From assembly GCA_002633005.1 (NCBI GenBank), contig NMRA01000041.1, positions 1 through 64,000 of the forward strand: a stretch of 64,000 nt of DNA. The letters are read 5' to 3'. Of this stretch, positions 27,113-39,545 are shown piece by piece. The stretch comes from Phoronis australis. Lineage: Eukaryota > Animalia > Phoronida. The position numbers were made by a program, and so were the translations under genes. Numbering within the stretch: the stretch's first letter is position 1; the number at the start of each line of letters is the position of its first letter. Under the pieces are notes generated by a model. That model worked only from the letters and a program-made list of their open reading frames with translations. It searched no databases and was not told the DNA's origin.

Positions 27113-28470
27113 AAGGCTTAGCACGACGACGTATTGATAACATTTCCGTCTTTTTACCAGCTGTTTACATGCAAACAGCGACGCATGCGGAATTCAATCA
27201 CCACTAGTACAGCAGCGACACCGCGAGGAGAATTCTCCGAAGAGCCCCGTTGTTTATCATGCGCTTTTGAAACATCACCTTTCGGTGACGGAAAGTACTG
27301 TGGGTTTATGAAGGAATACGCATACCGGGTAGGTATAACGTTTTAAGTCATAAAAATCGAAAAAATGACTAATTCTATATTTGGAAAGCTTATGCGTCGG
27401 CAAAAGACTCTAGCGGGTATGTTGATCAATACATTTTATAGACTCTAATATGTCTATATTTAAATCCTTACATGCTGACCGTGACGTGTTCTTAGAGGTG
27501 AGTTCAATGCGTGCACTGTTGAGCTTCAAGATTTTATATCCGATGATCATGGTGTCGATGTAATTAGCGACGAAGTGTTTTTTTTTACCTCGTGTTTCTC
27601 AAGATAATGTTTTGTAATAATTATATCGCCTAGCTATTGTATTTGCAAAACAGCACCCAACTGAGAAAGTCGAATGGAATATTGGGAACGATGACGATAT
27701 AGGTAAAATGATGAGCATCAGACCTCAGAGCTGAAGCGTGGTTGTGTGTGTGTTGTATACTGAAAGCTGCTACCTGTCGTAACCCATTTTGACATTCCTG
27801 GACAAAGAGTGTGTGGTCCGACGATGACCACAAATAATGACAAACTAAGAGTCGCAGTCTATCGTTATATTTTTCTCTGAGTCAGTCTTTGACAACAATC
27901 AGATCAGAAACTAATATGGCTTACACAGCTACGTAAACTGCCGTTAGAGGCAGCACTAAACACTTCTAAAACAAACTACAGTGAGGAGGCGGGGACAATC
28001 GTAACTAGGTAACTAGACTTAACAAACTCGAATTAAATACACTAAGATGATCGGGCAATAGTAATATCTTAACTAAAGTCTCCTTAACAGTGTGTGGTCA
28101 TTTAGCTGTAGAGGTTCATGTTAGTCTGTCACGCTTTCATGTTGTTGAAGCCAAACTATAGAATAGCAATCCTCTTCTGCCAAGAAAGTTACAACAGCAT
28201 AAAAGACATGTTTCAGATATTTTTTTAAAATCTTGCCGCTTTCTTTGTTTTATTTTTAAATCCTTATTAATTTCATATTGAAGCATATCACTTAATAGAA
28301 CTAAAACCACCAAAAGTAGTCACCCAAGTGATTTTCTAGGCTTCCTAGTGTTGAACAGACTGTGGCCAAACGGTCTCAATTACCGCTATTTTCTTTTGTA
28401 CGCAGCAGCCTTGGGACAGCTTAAAATGATTTTGTATGTCTTTGGATGCATGGTTTGTAAGTCGATTGGC

Positions 28471-28543
28471 CTATAGTTCCGTCACATTAACTGATTGCCG
28501 TCGGTCCAGGACGTCTTGCGGCGCCACTTCATTGGGCATCCAC
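28471..28543 (-). CDS. Gene A: distal terminal exon, cytoplasmic tail (R)WMPNEVAPQDVLDRRQSVNVTEL*
   Basis: Strong acceptor tttctctttgcag|G, phase 2 matching the TM-exon donor; AATAAA on the minus strand at 28249-28254. Confidence 0.65.
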
Positions 28544-29492
28544 CTGCAAAGAGAAATCAGAGAATTCATAGCTTCAATGGATTTAGTTTACAAATCGTTG
28601 CGTGTTAGCGGGGTTCTCTCTTTGAGGGCACCCCCTCTTGAAGGAAGGGCAGAGGTAATTGCCCTTTTTGCTGACCACTTAGTACCAAAGTACAGGACTG
28701 ATACTGCAGATAGCTAGTGCTGATAACTGATATCAACTACATGTAGTGATTAGTATTATATTAGCTTCTTCTTTGGATAGTGCTTCGTGACACCGACTGT
28801 CAATACAGCTTTAAATCCGCATTTTCACGAACTAAAGACAGCTGCTCCCGTAGAAGTGTGTGTTAAAACACGGCTGACACGGAGCAAATGACACAGCGGT
28901 AGCCAGTTGACTGGTAGAGCGAGTTACGCTCCAGTGCCAATCAAACGTCTAAACACAACTGGGGCTGGGCGGAAATGGATCACCTTTCAATGAGCTTGCG
29001 CAATAGCACATATCCGGTGATCATTCCCCGTGGTGTGGGCATTCGCTATTGTTTATACGAGCTTGCGCAAACAGTCGTCGTGTAAGTGGCTCGTGCTGAT
29101 CCAGTTTGCAATTTAATGGCGTGTAAATGCGACTAAAGTGAACCAAGTCGCGCCGTGAAAACTGACAGGGTGACAACTATCTCTCGTGTAAAAGCAGCTT
29201 AACCAAGCTGTAACCACATGGTCAATTTTAGTGACAAAGACGTAACGAGAAAGCACAAACACCGTTTTACAGTTTTATTTTTATTTGTTCATACAGCAGG
29301 GTGCTGTGTGAAGAAATCAGGCGACCAGACCTTCACTTTACTTGATAATATCATAAGCTTGATCGTAATATAGCGTTATCAATTGTGGTTCAACATTTTT
29401 GCATACCCTGTGATAGCATAACGCTATTGACGTTGTTCACGTTGTTGTGATATTAGACGAGAATTTCGCTACCTTACTCTTTAATGCGTTTG

Positions 29493-29553
29493 TTATTCTG
29501 ACTTTGTGAGCTGTAATTGTCTGGTCATGACATTGCTCATCGCTTTGTTCCAA
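29493..29553 (-). CDS. Gene A: proximal candidate terminal exon, tail (S)WNKAMSNVMTRQLQLTKSE*
   Basis: Acceptor caatttcag|T after a 65-bp intron, read in phase 2; two AATAAA on the minus strand near 29275-29286. Confidence 0.5.
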
Positions 29554-29618
29554 CTGAAATTGTGAACAAAACCTAGTAACATTAAACTTTCCTCAGACTC
29601 CATTCACCTTCAGCTCAC

Positions 29619-29940
29619 CTCTTTTTCAGCTTTCCATAGGCAACATAAGCCATCCAGATCATAAAGGAGACAACTATGACCCCTAGGACAGTGAAACACA
29701 TTATTTCCAGCACGCTAACTGAATTTTGAACGAACGCTGGCGTTGTGTACACCACTTCAGTCGTCGATAGTGTTAGTGTTGTTGCTTCTTTCTCTGTTGT
29801 TGTTGTTGTTCTTGCAGGTGTTCCTGTTAGTGTGGTTGTTTCTTCTGCTGCGGCGGTTACTGCTGCTGTTGATTGCCCTGTTACTGATGTGGCCGTCGTT
29901 CTAGATGGAATCATATTTGTTGACGATTCTGTAGAATCAT
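29619..29940 (-). CDS. Gene A: mucin-like stalk plus transmembrane exon
   Basis: tttctag|AT acceptor, AAGAG|gtgagc donor; Thr-rich run, then IMCFTVLGVIVVSFMIWMAYVAY and basic stop-transfer GKLKK. Confidence 0.85.
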
Positions 29941-30217
29941 CTAGAAATAAAATATGATAACAATGTTATCTCGATGAACGAATTATCATCGCCATTGTTT
30001 CAAGTCAAAATCACCATCACAAGCCATAATCACGAAGACTCCTTACCGGCATTGTTGTCATCCCTGTCATACTTCTATGAGTATAGCTTGCCATTACCCA
30101 GGACAATGTGATAAGTAATCTTTAATATCCTTCATGTAAAAGATTGTTATGCCAAAGTAAATACCTGTAAAAGCTTGTTTGAACATTTATTTAAAATAAA
30201 CAAATGGCGAACAATAC

Positions 30218-30367
30218 CATACTGACAAACGAAGTTCCGCTTATTTCCGCAGTCAAGGTCATTCCACAAGTGACCTGTCGTGCCCATGACTTCAATGCAG
30301 TGCTCATTTTGGGGATTCGACGGCTCCCCTGGGGACCAAAACAATGAGCTCTTTATGTCGCTGTTAG
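30218..30367 (-). CDS. Gene A: C-type lectin domain 2, C-terminal exon (150 bp, phase 1-1)
   Basis: ttttcag|CT...TATG|gtatt; FWSPGEPSNPQNEHCIEV..WNDLDCGNKRNFVCQ. Confidence 0.88.
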
Positions 30368-30771
30368 CTGAAAAGTTAGAAACATACCAGTCTCTTATTT
30401 TAGTGTTCAACAAATACAGAGTGTTCTTTGCTTTTGTGGTACAAACTTTATCTAGAGGCCGTTTTCGTTTTGTGACGTAAGAGGAACATTTTTAATTGAT
30501 GGCTATACTTACCCTTCCCTAAAACTGAGTATGGAATACTACTTTCTGTACAACAAAGTGCCAAAGGTTTAGGACCACAAATTAAAGCAGGAGTTAAGTG
30601 TGGTCAATTTTGGACTTATCTGCGTTGGTGTGAAACAGAAGTGTTGATGTACTGGTAGTCCACTATACATGTACTTATTTTAGTACTTTTGATTTTTGAG
30701 AACGTAGCGACACAGAGAATTCATTGATAAATCCAAAAGATTTCATAATGCATTTGTACTTATAACGTTAC

Positions 30772-31053
30772 CATCCGCCCATGTCCAAGAGACAGGCACA
30801 TCTTTTCTCCAGTAGCCGTCTATCCAGTAGATAGCTTTAGGTCTCTTTGTTATCTCTTGCACAATAATTAGGTTTTCTGATGCCGTCCGAATCCTCGCCA
30901 GAATTCCATGACGTTGTTTACACCTTCCAACTGCGTCACTCCACTTATACCCGGCTTGACGGTAGAGGTTGTCATTCTCGAAGTAGTAATATTTTGTGTT
31001 GTCAATACGGATGCATTTCCCTTCCGTTGTTAGTTGTCCACATATAGTGCTGT
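30772..31053 (-). CDS. Gene A: C-type lectin domain 2, N-terminal exon (282 bp, phase 1-1; absent from the ORF track)
   Basis: atcag|AC...GGATG|gtaac; open frame STICGQLTTEGKCIRIDNTKYYYF..KWSDAVGRCKQRHGILARI..YWIDG..WTWAD. Confidence 0.85.
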
Positions 31054-32322
31054 CTGATTTCCGTTGAAATTATATGAAATGAATAGGACTAAGTGATACA
31101 CAGCCAGTCAAAACATCAACTATCACAAGAGTGCAAACAAAGTGTGTTAGCTCTTTTCCGACAAGAAAGTTTTTGAATTTTTTGTAAAGGTCGTTAGAAC
31201 TTTGCGCGTCCAAGGTTGTGCAAATTGGGCTCAAATAAGAGCGTTGTTTTCTTCACAAAAAGAAGAGGAGTCGGTGTTCAGACTATTTGTTTCGTCCGGA
31301 CATATCACAGGTATTCCGTATTTGCATGAGTTATTAAAACATCTTCAAACATTGCCTCATTGATACACCAACGATCCATCCGTACGCCAAGTCTTAGATA
31401 AGGCTGCGTATTTTAAATGGTACCATCTCTTCACACCCCGATGTTTTAAATGCGACTTCGTACACGCTTGTGTCAGTGTAGGTGTTGCGACAAAATTTTT
31501 GAAGTAAAAAGTCTTACATGACAATCGAACTGTGTAGAATCGTCCAAGTGTCGTATACGACGTGGCTTACGAACTTGAATACCAACAATCAGAGACTTTG
31601 GACAGGGCTTTAACCACCTTTGGCTGTCGTCACTTACCGATCACACCTATTACAATAGCAATGCAACAGGTTGATATGCACTCACTGTATACAACGCAAA
31701 TGGCAGCGATATGAATGTGCTATTTTCTAACACTTCCACGAATTAGACTGACCAACTTGTAAATTTAAAATTGATTAGTACCGGGCATAGCAAACGCACA
31801 TGCTCTCTTTGAAAGCAACGTGCGACCTGAGGTTTTATGGTGATCCTTCTAGCAATCCGATACATAGGTACATGTACATGTATGTGGATGCCAGAGTATA
31901 ACCTACGGCCACTCATGGTTGTGTCAGTTGATACGCCTCGCTCGTTCGCAACTTTGCTCTCGCATGCGACCGGCTTAATTAAGATCGATAGTTTCAACAT
32001 TGGTTATGGTACTGGCTTACATGTAAATGAGACAACCTCGTTTGGTATCCTTTTAACAGGTCAGTCTCACTCAGTCACAAGGTTCTTCTCTGGGGTCATT
32101 TCTCATGGCACAATTTACGTCAACTTTCTCAGGACAGTACGTCACCAAGACAACAACGTTAAAGGAGAATGCCACCCGATTTAATTAGTCTTTTTCACCG
32201 TCTTAATCGGTCTATATCCACATCTCCTCTTATACGGTCGACCTCACCTTGCCGTGAGGTGTCGCGTTAACGTGTGACGAAGGTGAGAAACGACGCAGCG
32301 ACGTCAGTGGGTCGTCTGCAGA

Positions 32323-32570
32323 ATGAATGCTGCTATATTGCGGTTCATCGTTCCCGCTTGTCCGAAATAGGAAGCTGCGAAGAAAGCGGGTATATCGTTT
32401 TTTCGACTTCCCCGAGAGCCCGAAATGCTTAGGAAGTGGCTCTAGGTAGCGATGAATGAAAGGTATGCTGTTAATAGCAAATATGAGGCGGTGAAACATC
32501 TCCGTGTCTGTTGCCGGCATTTCGTCAGCAGTGATTTCTCTGACGAATTCCGGCTTACCAAAGAACTTTC
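32323..32570 (+). pseudogene. Second THAP domain relic inside an intron of gene A
   Basis: One frame reads IVPACPK*..GISFFRLPREPEMLRKWL*..HLRVCCRHFVSSDF..RL, with two in-frame TAG stops. Confidence 0.8.
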
Positions 32571-33048
32571 CATACGTTCCGTTGCTTATGCATATTCACG
32601 GCGCCTCTCTAATTTTTCTTGATCATTGTATTCTGGTTCGAACTAACAGCCTGTGAAACCTTAACGATCCGACCCGTGAAGTCTTCGTCGGATGAACTCT
32701 TGACTAAGACGGGATTGTCGCCGGGCCAGTTGCCATGTAGACGTTTATTATTCTGCGTTCTGTTTCAAAATGAATTATTCTCATCCTAAAATGATCCTAA
32801 GCGATGCTTATATGAAACTGAAACAAAGTTTGTCTCATTAGATACAATTTGTAATGCCTTGAAGTGCTCGTGAGTGCAAATGTTTTAAGAAGCCAGAAAT
32901 GAATAAACCACTGCGTTACCGGCTTTTGATGCCGGCAACAAAGGTAATTGACCGGGCACCGAGGCCGTGTGAGCGCATGCTAATTCAGTGTTTGCTGGCA
33001 GAAAGCTGTTGTGAAACAATTACTCCATTTTATATACTATGGTCACAT

Positions 33049-33640
33049 GTTAGGGGAATCTTTATTCAGAAATACAAATACATTATTCAAATCATTGTTA
33101 CCGTACTACCTTTGCCCTGACGGTCTGTGGAAGGGGAACCCGACTTCACGGCCGCCGACAAGTCACTACGGTAGCTTTTCAGTTTCGTGGCTAATTCACA
33201 TAAATAATTACGGGCACAATTACTTCTTTGGCTCACTATTATAGTCTTTTCGTGACTGGAGGTTCGGTTTCCATCTCAAGCTGGTTTATGTTCGTGCCAG
33301 TCTCGCGGCCGCGACGGGCCTGATCGGCGTTCCGAGCCACTGGCCGGGATAACAAGTCAAGCGTTTTGTGTGTTTAGAACTCAAAAAATCACAAGTATAA
33401 ACAGCACAGATCTGGGTTCTCCTGTCTGTATTTCACGGAAGAATACTTCGAATTTATCTCCGAACAGACACCAAACTCCTGCTACGGGGCTTGGTAAATT
33501 AGCCTGCCGAACTTTGTAGGCTACGGTGTGTCCAAATACCAGTAAATCCGTAACAGCGAAATAAAACAACACGTTTTTATAAGAACTCGGTATATTTTTA
33601 AGGGTTTTACGTGGAAGGTTGATGATTTATTGGTGTTAAA
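33049..33640 (+). repeat. Dispersed repeat copy 2 (paralog of 2940-3561)
   Basis: Collinear similarity over about 600 bp, same orientation; lies just downstream of the THAP relic. Confidence 0.85.
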
Positions 33641-35963
33641 CGATGAATTCAAGCGATAAGCTGACACCACTAACACGTGCTGTGAACTGCTGAACAGACT
33701 GCGTGTGAAACCAATTACGTCATTGGATAATTTCAATTCCTCTGTCTGCCGTCAGGTGTCAGGTAACGCAACCGAACCTGCCCTTATCGAGTAGAACTAC
33801 TCGATCTAAATTGATACAAAATAGATTGTTTTTGGGTGGCATTCTCCTTTAACTTATTCCACTGCTTATCTCGGTTTCTGAACAATTTTCAAGCGGAAAT
33901 GGTCAAGTTTCCGTGTTTACGCACGGATTTCTCGATAATCAATCCGTTCTTGGAATTTGTGGCCTGCCATCCTTGGTCCCGGTACATCGTGTCATGGGCA
34001 TTCATATTCGCAGCACATTAACCGTTACGACATCGATAAGTGCGTTAATAAGTCAAATCTGCACGCGTTAACGTGGATGACCCGTAGGCGTTAACAACCG
34101 ACAAGCATGGTTAAAGCCCTCGTTCAGTACAAGAAATGTCCTTTTGATTTATACCACGTACATGTATCAGTACAAAACTGGGTGCCTACCTAGAAAGTAT
34201 AAATGTCGGGAGAAATTTTCAATGATAGCTCGTAATATTGGTAAGACATCTCTCGCAGAAAGACTGTTATTGCATGAATTTGAGCCTGGTTTCGACTTGT
34301 TCGTTACTTAGATGAGAAGAGATTCTTAAGTTTGCAAAGAATCTACAGTTCTTCAGTCGTTAGACCAGGCATGTTTGACGATGACACGCCCAGGCAATTC
34401 AATTCTTTCAAAGTTCAAATACCACTTTTAATTTAACTTACCAGACATTTTGAGATCCATTTCATAACCGTAAAAGATGGACCGCAAACGTCACATCCGG
34501 TGTAGCAATGCTTACATAATTAGAAACCGGGAAATAATATATGATAACCAGGAAATCGTAATTTAAAGGACACAAAAATGCTTGCCTTACCTTAAAAAAA
34601 CATTTAAGACTTCTCGCTACATTTTCGTAGTTTTCAAATCGGTAGTTGTGTTGTAAAACAAGATTTCTTAACATCAGATTTGTCAATTATACCAATTCAC
34701 GCCCCGTGATATCATCAGAGGACCAAAATATTGAAATCTTGAACAGTTCATTAAATGCCTATCGCCTGGAATTTACAGACATGTTTTGTTTTTGATGTTG
34801 TGATGATAAGCACAGATAAGTTAAAAATACAAACCAGGAATGAGTGGAAATTGTAACTGAACTCGGTGTGGACAAATAAGTGATTTTGGTATGTTACCTA
34901 ATTCAGTAGCCGAGTAATCAAGGCGCAGTTATCAATTCTGTTATGAAGTTTATTTCGTGAAACAGACACTACATTAAATTATACATAAGTCTGTCGAAAA
35001 CGATATGTGGAGGCTAACACGGGTACTGACAACTGAGTCGGGACTGGAAAATAGTGAATATGATAAAAAGGTGATGATAAAACTAAGCAGCAGTTTGATA
35101 TCATCCTGTCGCTACTCCTTTCATCTTGGACGTGTACGTACAGATTGATATGTTCCTAATCTAATTTCAAAGTGCGCCTGCGCAACCTATTTGAGCGACC
35201 GTTTTGTGAAAAGCCAATCATGACATTATCAACAAATCTATCCATTCTGCAGATGTGTTTGGTTTTGCAATAATTATTGCAATGAAATACATAATAAACA
35301 CAGGTGTAATTTTGAAATTTGTATAGATTTTCAGGCTCGGCAACCAGCCGATGGATTGCAACTGAAAACAAATTACTCCTGCCTATGTGTTTGAGTTTAC
35401 AATAATTATTTTCAAAAGTAAATACATATACTTACTTGGTTAAACAAGTTTGTTATTTTCACACTCGGGAGTAATGTTGTCGCCTTAGGAATGTTTAATC
35501 GGCTTTACCCATGTGTTCAGATTGGTTTTCTGGCCTGTGACTGTCAATACTGCAAGTCGATTTTATCTCTGAATAGGATACGATTCGTGATTTTGCAGAA
35601 ATTGGAGAATATAATCACTTTGTTGTGTTTGAAAGCATCACAGACATGGGTTTGATTGTCTCGTTGTATGAACTCCATGCAAGCATTTATCGCAGTTTGA
35701 GGCTCATCCCATGATTAAACACAACATTCCAAAGTGCTTCTCGATTTTAGTTCTCAAAACGTCATTTTGAATTATTATGGCGCATACATCACTCACATGT
35801 ACACATTGGTGATAATGGGGAGAATTTTTGAACAATCATATCAATTAATGTCAGTAACAGGGTCAAATCCGGAGCATGGTTTGTTAAGTTTCAATTGAGA
35901 GCCGAGTCTTGAGTCAAGTTCAAGTTCGGATATTAAACCCATGTCGCTGACCAATTAACTTAC

Positions 35964-36053
35964 CATTAAACTGGCAGATGTAAAAGCAGGGAATTCCCCA
36001 TATCTTGTCATACCCTTTGAAACCATCGTTCCATTTGTATAAGGGAGGATCAT
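35964..36053 (-). CDS. Gene A: C-type lectin domain 1, third exon (90 bp, phase 1-1)
   Basis: tttacag|AT...AATG|gtaagt; DPPLYKWNDGFKGYDKIWGIPCFYICQFN. Confidence 0.8.
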
Positions 36054-36275
36054 CTGTAAAGATAGTCACTGCTATTGGTCAAAGTAATAATGATGTCAAG
36101 ACCGCTGCTTTAATCAACTTATTTCCATTTTCGATTTTTTAATATTAAATTGCACCAATTAAATTTGTCAATTTAAAATCATGGTAGCGCTCTATGTTCG
36201 AAACTTCATGTGGCTCTCAGCTTAGGTATATAAGTTAACCAAAATAAAAGGTGTTATAGGCTGTTATTTACGCTA

Positions 36276-36483
36276 CAGTAGCATGCAGAAGGAGAGGGGA
36301 GGACGGGACGATGGCCCCCGGCATCCACATCGGAGGGGGGGGGCATCCAATCACAACAAATAAACAAAATTTGAAATTGTGTCTGATTTATAATTAATTG
36401 AAAGTTCCGTAGTACTAGGGTCTATGCATTTGAGTGGTGAGAGGGGTTCGCCCGGGGCTTCACCAAACCTCTGCACTCTGCTG
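36276..36483. mobile_element. hAT-type MITE in a CTLD1 intron
   Basis: Imperfect TIRs CAGTAGCATGCAGA / TCTGCACTCTGCTG; 8-bp flanks TTACGCTA and TTACGCCG resemble a hAT TSD. Confidence 0.6.
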
Positions 36484-36821
36484 TTACGCCGCCATGTTGT
36501 CTCCATTTCATTTACGCATTTCAACGCCTTGCCACTCTGCAGTCAAACCTAAGTTAGGGCAACGCAGCATCAGTTACTTGATAATTATGAAATGGTCCAT
36601 TCATGCACATTTGCAAGAGGTTCGTCTGATTTTACGGATAGTTTGCGCTTTTCGCCGTGGGCCCGACTACAGGTCGACAGTTTGAGCATTATTACAATAA
36701 AAACACTCAACATTCAATAACTGGTTTTCTAGATAATTTCATACTCGAAATTTTTGTACAAGTCTGAGTCGGCACACGTTGGCAAATCATTACCTTACCA
36801 GATCATCACGGCCTATATTAC

Positions 36822-36909
36822 CTTTTGGAAAAAATCTGCAACACGTCTTCGTGGCCAGCTAAATCATCCGGCTCTCCTAGGTGCCAATTGTACCAGGATA
36901 CCTCCTCGC
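36822..36909 (-). CDS. Gene A: C-type lectin domain 1, second exon (88 bp; one base too long for phase 1-1)
   Basis: gttttcag|GC...AAAAG|gtaat; EEVSWYNWHLGEPDDLAGHEDVLQIF; removing one base from the T6/A4 runs restores phase. Confidence 0.75.
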
Positions 36910-37476
36910 CTGAAAACACAGTTACGATAACGTGGAACATTCATGAACTCTCTTCACAGATGTTAAAGATTGATAAACAATTGGGTACAAATGACAAAGA
37001 TAAGCAGAACATATACTTTCAAAAGCATACCGAACCATGTTTTGTGGATATTGACCGTGCTTTTGGTCATATGCGTCGTCATAGCGTAAAAACTGATCGA
37101 AAACATCACTGTATATACTGCTTCTAATTTTAGAACAGCGTGTTCCAAAGATTCGAGACCTTAGCCTGCACTTGCAGCGAAATCACCACTTTATGGAAAG
37201 GAAACAAAAAATTAAACCCCATAATTTATATATTCCAGAATTTTATATTGCAACCTCACCGATCAATCACTTCATTGGTGTCATTTGGTTACGCTAGAAA
37301 TTCTCGAGCATACACTGTACTTGCAAAACGCTCCCACTACACTTTCCCGTGGCCTTGTGTTGTTTCGGTTTTCTCTCAAGAACTTGGTCCATAGAAAGCA
37401 ACCTCTGCTTCACCTTACGCTTTGTGATTGCGCTCGGCTGCATTCTGGGAAACCGTAAAATGACAAAAATCCCTAC

Positions 37477-37689
37477 CGTTGCTAAAAAACCACTGCTTCT
37501 TTTTGAAACCGGCGATCCACGTGCCCCCTGCACCGTCCTTCAGTAAATCATCTATTTGCGCCTTCGTTGCATTGTTGTTGATTACCGCCAAGCGTCCGCC
37601 TTCGTTGATACAATGCCACCTGGCGTCATTCCAGTTCTTGAGTTCTGGAACAAGTTCATAGCGAGTGACTGTCGTCTTCCTCGTAACAA
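37477..37689 (-). CDS. Gene A: C-type lectin domain 1, first exon (213 bp, phase 1-1)
   Basis: tatttcag|TT...AACG|gtagg; YELVPELKNWNDARWHCINEGGRLAVI..TWIAG..WFFSN. Confidence 0.85.
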
Positions 37690-38457
37690 CTGAAATAAAG
37701 GACCGGAAAACGTATTTGCTTGACATTCTCTTCCCCTGGTCACTGCACGTTGACATAGAAATTGCGTGGGTCATACCGCTGTGCGTATCTCATAGTCGTC
37801 ACGAAATACTCAACGTACAACTCCATTACTGGAATTGTATCTACATGTATATTACATTCAAATAACCACAACAATATTGTGACTGTTTTTTAAACAGTCC
37901 ACAATGGTTTTGCGAGTCGCTGGTCGAGAAAGGCAGGCAAATTTGAATCGTGACAAGGCAACAGATTCCACATTTAGCTTGTTGGCATGCTTTGACACAG
38001 TGATGAGCAACTACAATAGTTTAGGTTCAAAATGGCCGATTCTTGGAAACTAGGGCCCCCGCAATTTCAGGGTATGTTAGGTCGTAAGTCTAGTCGTAAC
38101 TACGATAATCGAATGCAATTTTTCGAGAAAGCCAACGTGCAACCAGCTGTTGAATTGATTGCCGTTGTGGGCTTCGGTAAATTTCAAAGCAGGTACATTT
38201 ACTTTTGAAGCGTTGGTGACTTCCGATAGAATATGTCACTTTTTTATTTTTTAGAAATACTTTTGTGACAGAATAAAACAGAACATTTAGTTTCTACTTG
38301 GAACTAGTCTACGTGATGCGGTCTTCGCTTTCACAGCGGAAAACTGGGCAAAGTTGAGATGTGTTTCTTAAATTCGCCGAATGACCAGACTGTCTGTACG
38401 CACCGCCAACCTTTTCATGGTTAATGTCCTTCTGTAGAAATGTTAATTTATACAAAC

Positions 38458-39033
38458 CTTTGCAAATTTCGGCTACTGTTTGGTTTCTAATTCCAGGTAG
38501 TGAATTAAAATCACCTGACCTGAAGAATCGACCATCCAGTTGTTGTCCAAAAATATTAACCATTTCTACTCGCGAGACTGACTGACCTACGCCAACTGCG
38601 AAAATATCTGGCACGACGCTGTTGCGGGCTAATTTCGCTTCACGTTCAGTGAGGTCCCTAGCATTTGACAAGCCATCAGTCACAACAATAGCCTCCTCTC
38701 TGTCGCCTCCACGTTTAGTATAAACATTTTCTCGTAAAATCTTTAATGCGCCCCCTGTGTTAGTCGTGCCTCCCATGTATGGAATATTGGCAATGGCATT
38801 CAGCGTTGCATTCATATTCGTTTTACTTCCCAGCGGTATTTCAATCCTGGCATCTGTTGCAAAAAGAATCAGTCTAATCTGGAATTTGCCTGGTGCGAGG
38901 TTGAAAGCTCCGACGACGCTTTTGATAAAGTTCTTTGCCAGTTCAAAGTTCCGGATTATTATACTGCCGGAGGCATCAAGAAGAAAAACTAAGTCAGCCG
39001 CTGCCTCACATTCTGAAGAAGGTGGCGTAATAG
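38458..39033 (-). CDS. Gene A: VWA domain 4 exon (576 bp, phase 1-1)
   Basis: tccttag|CT...TGCAAAG|gtttg; DASGS, GGTTNTG, VTDG; 12-bp in-frame deletion relative to paralogs; closest to the gene B VWA exon. Confidence 0.88.
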
Positions 39034-39431
39034 CTAAGGAAAGCAAACCAAACGTTGGTTATAGATTGGCATGGCTATTCTGAATGAGTAATATCTTAAA
39101 GTCTTTTTAGGCATTTCTACACGAGTCAACAACACTGCTTCAATCCTAAAACATAAGTTCTTCGCACGACACCTTCCTATGACATGATTGTCGTCGCCCG
39201 GGCGACAAAATGAATATATCTTGAGTGCGACAGTATAAGCCGTTGACAACGACATAATTATACTGTCGCCTGATCAGCGATACCATGCTTCAAGCGGTGC
39301 TGCACGGAGTTCCCAATCCAATGTGTTTTAATGCTGGTTCGCGAATCTCCTAGTGTGTGCCAATGTTTTTCATCACAGCTGAGATATCAAATTCTAGTAT
39401 GTATCAATGCAGTCACTCTTATCTAGATTAC

Positions 39432-39545
39432 CTGTAGTCACGGAAAAACTGGTTGGTCTCCTAGTAGATGGCGTCACTGTCTGTGCTACACCGGAAAAAG
39501 TCACTTCCGTATACGTGGTTGTGGTGAGCTTGTCTTCTACAGCCA
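39432..39545 (-). CDS. Gene A: Thr-rich spacer exon (114 bp, phase 1-1)
   Basis: catgcag|TG...ACAG|gtaat; AVEDKLTTTTYTEVTFSGVAQTVTPSTRRPTSFSVTT. Confidence 0.78.

Noticed and set aside
30513-30619. Segment with good acceptor and donor inside the CTLD2 intron
   Set aside because: Early stop in the required phase, and CTLD2 is complete without it
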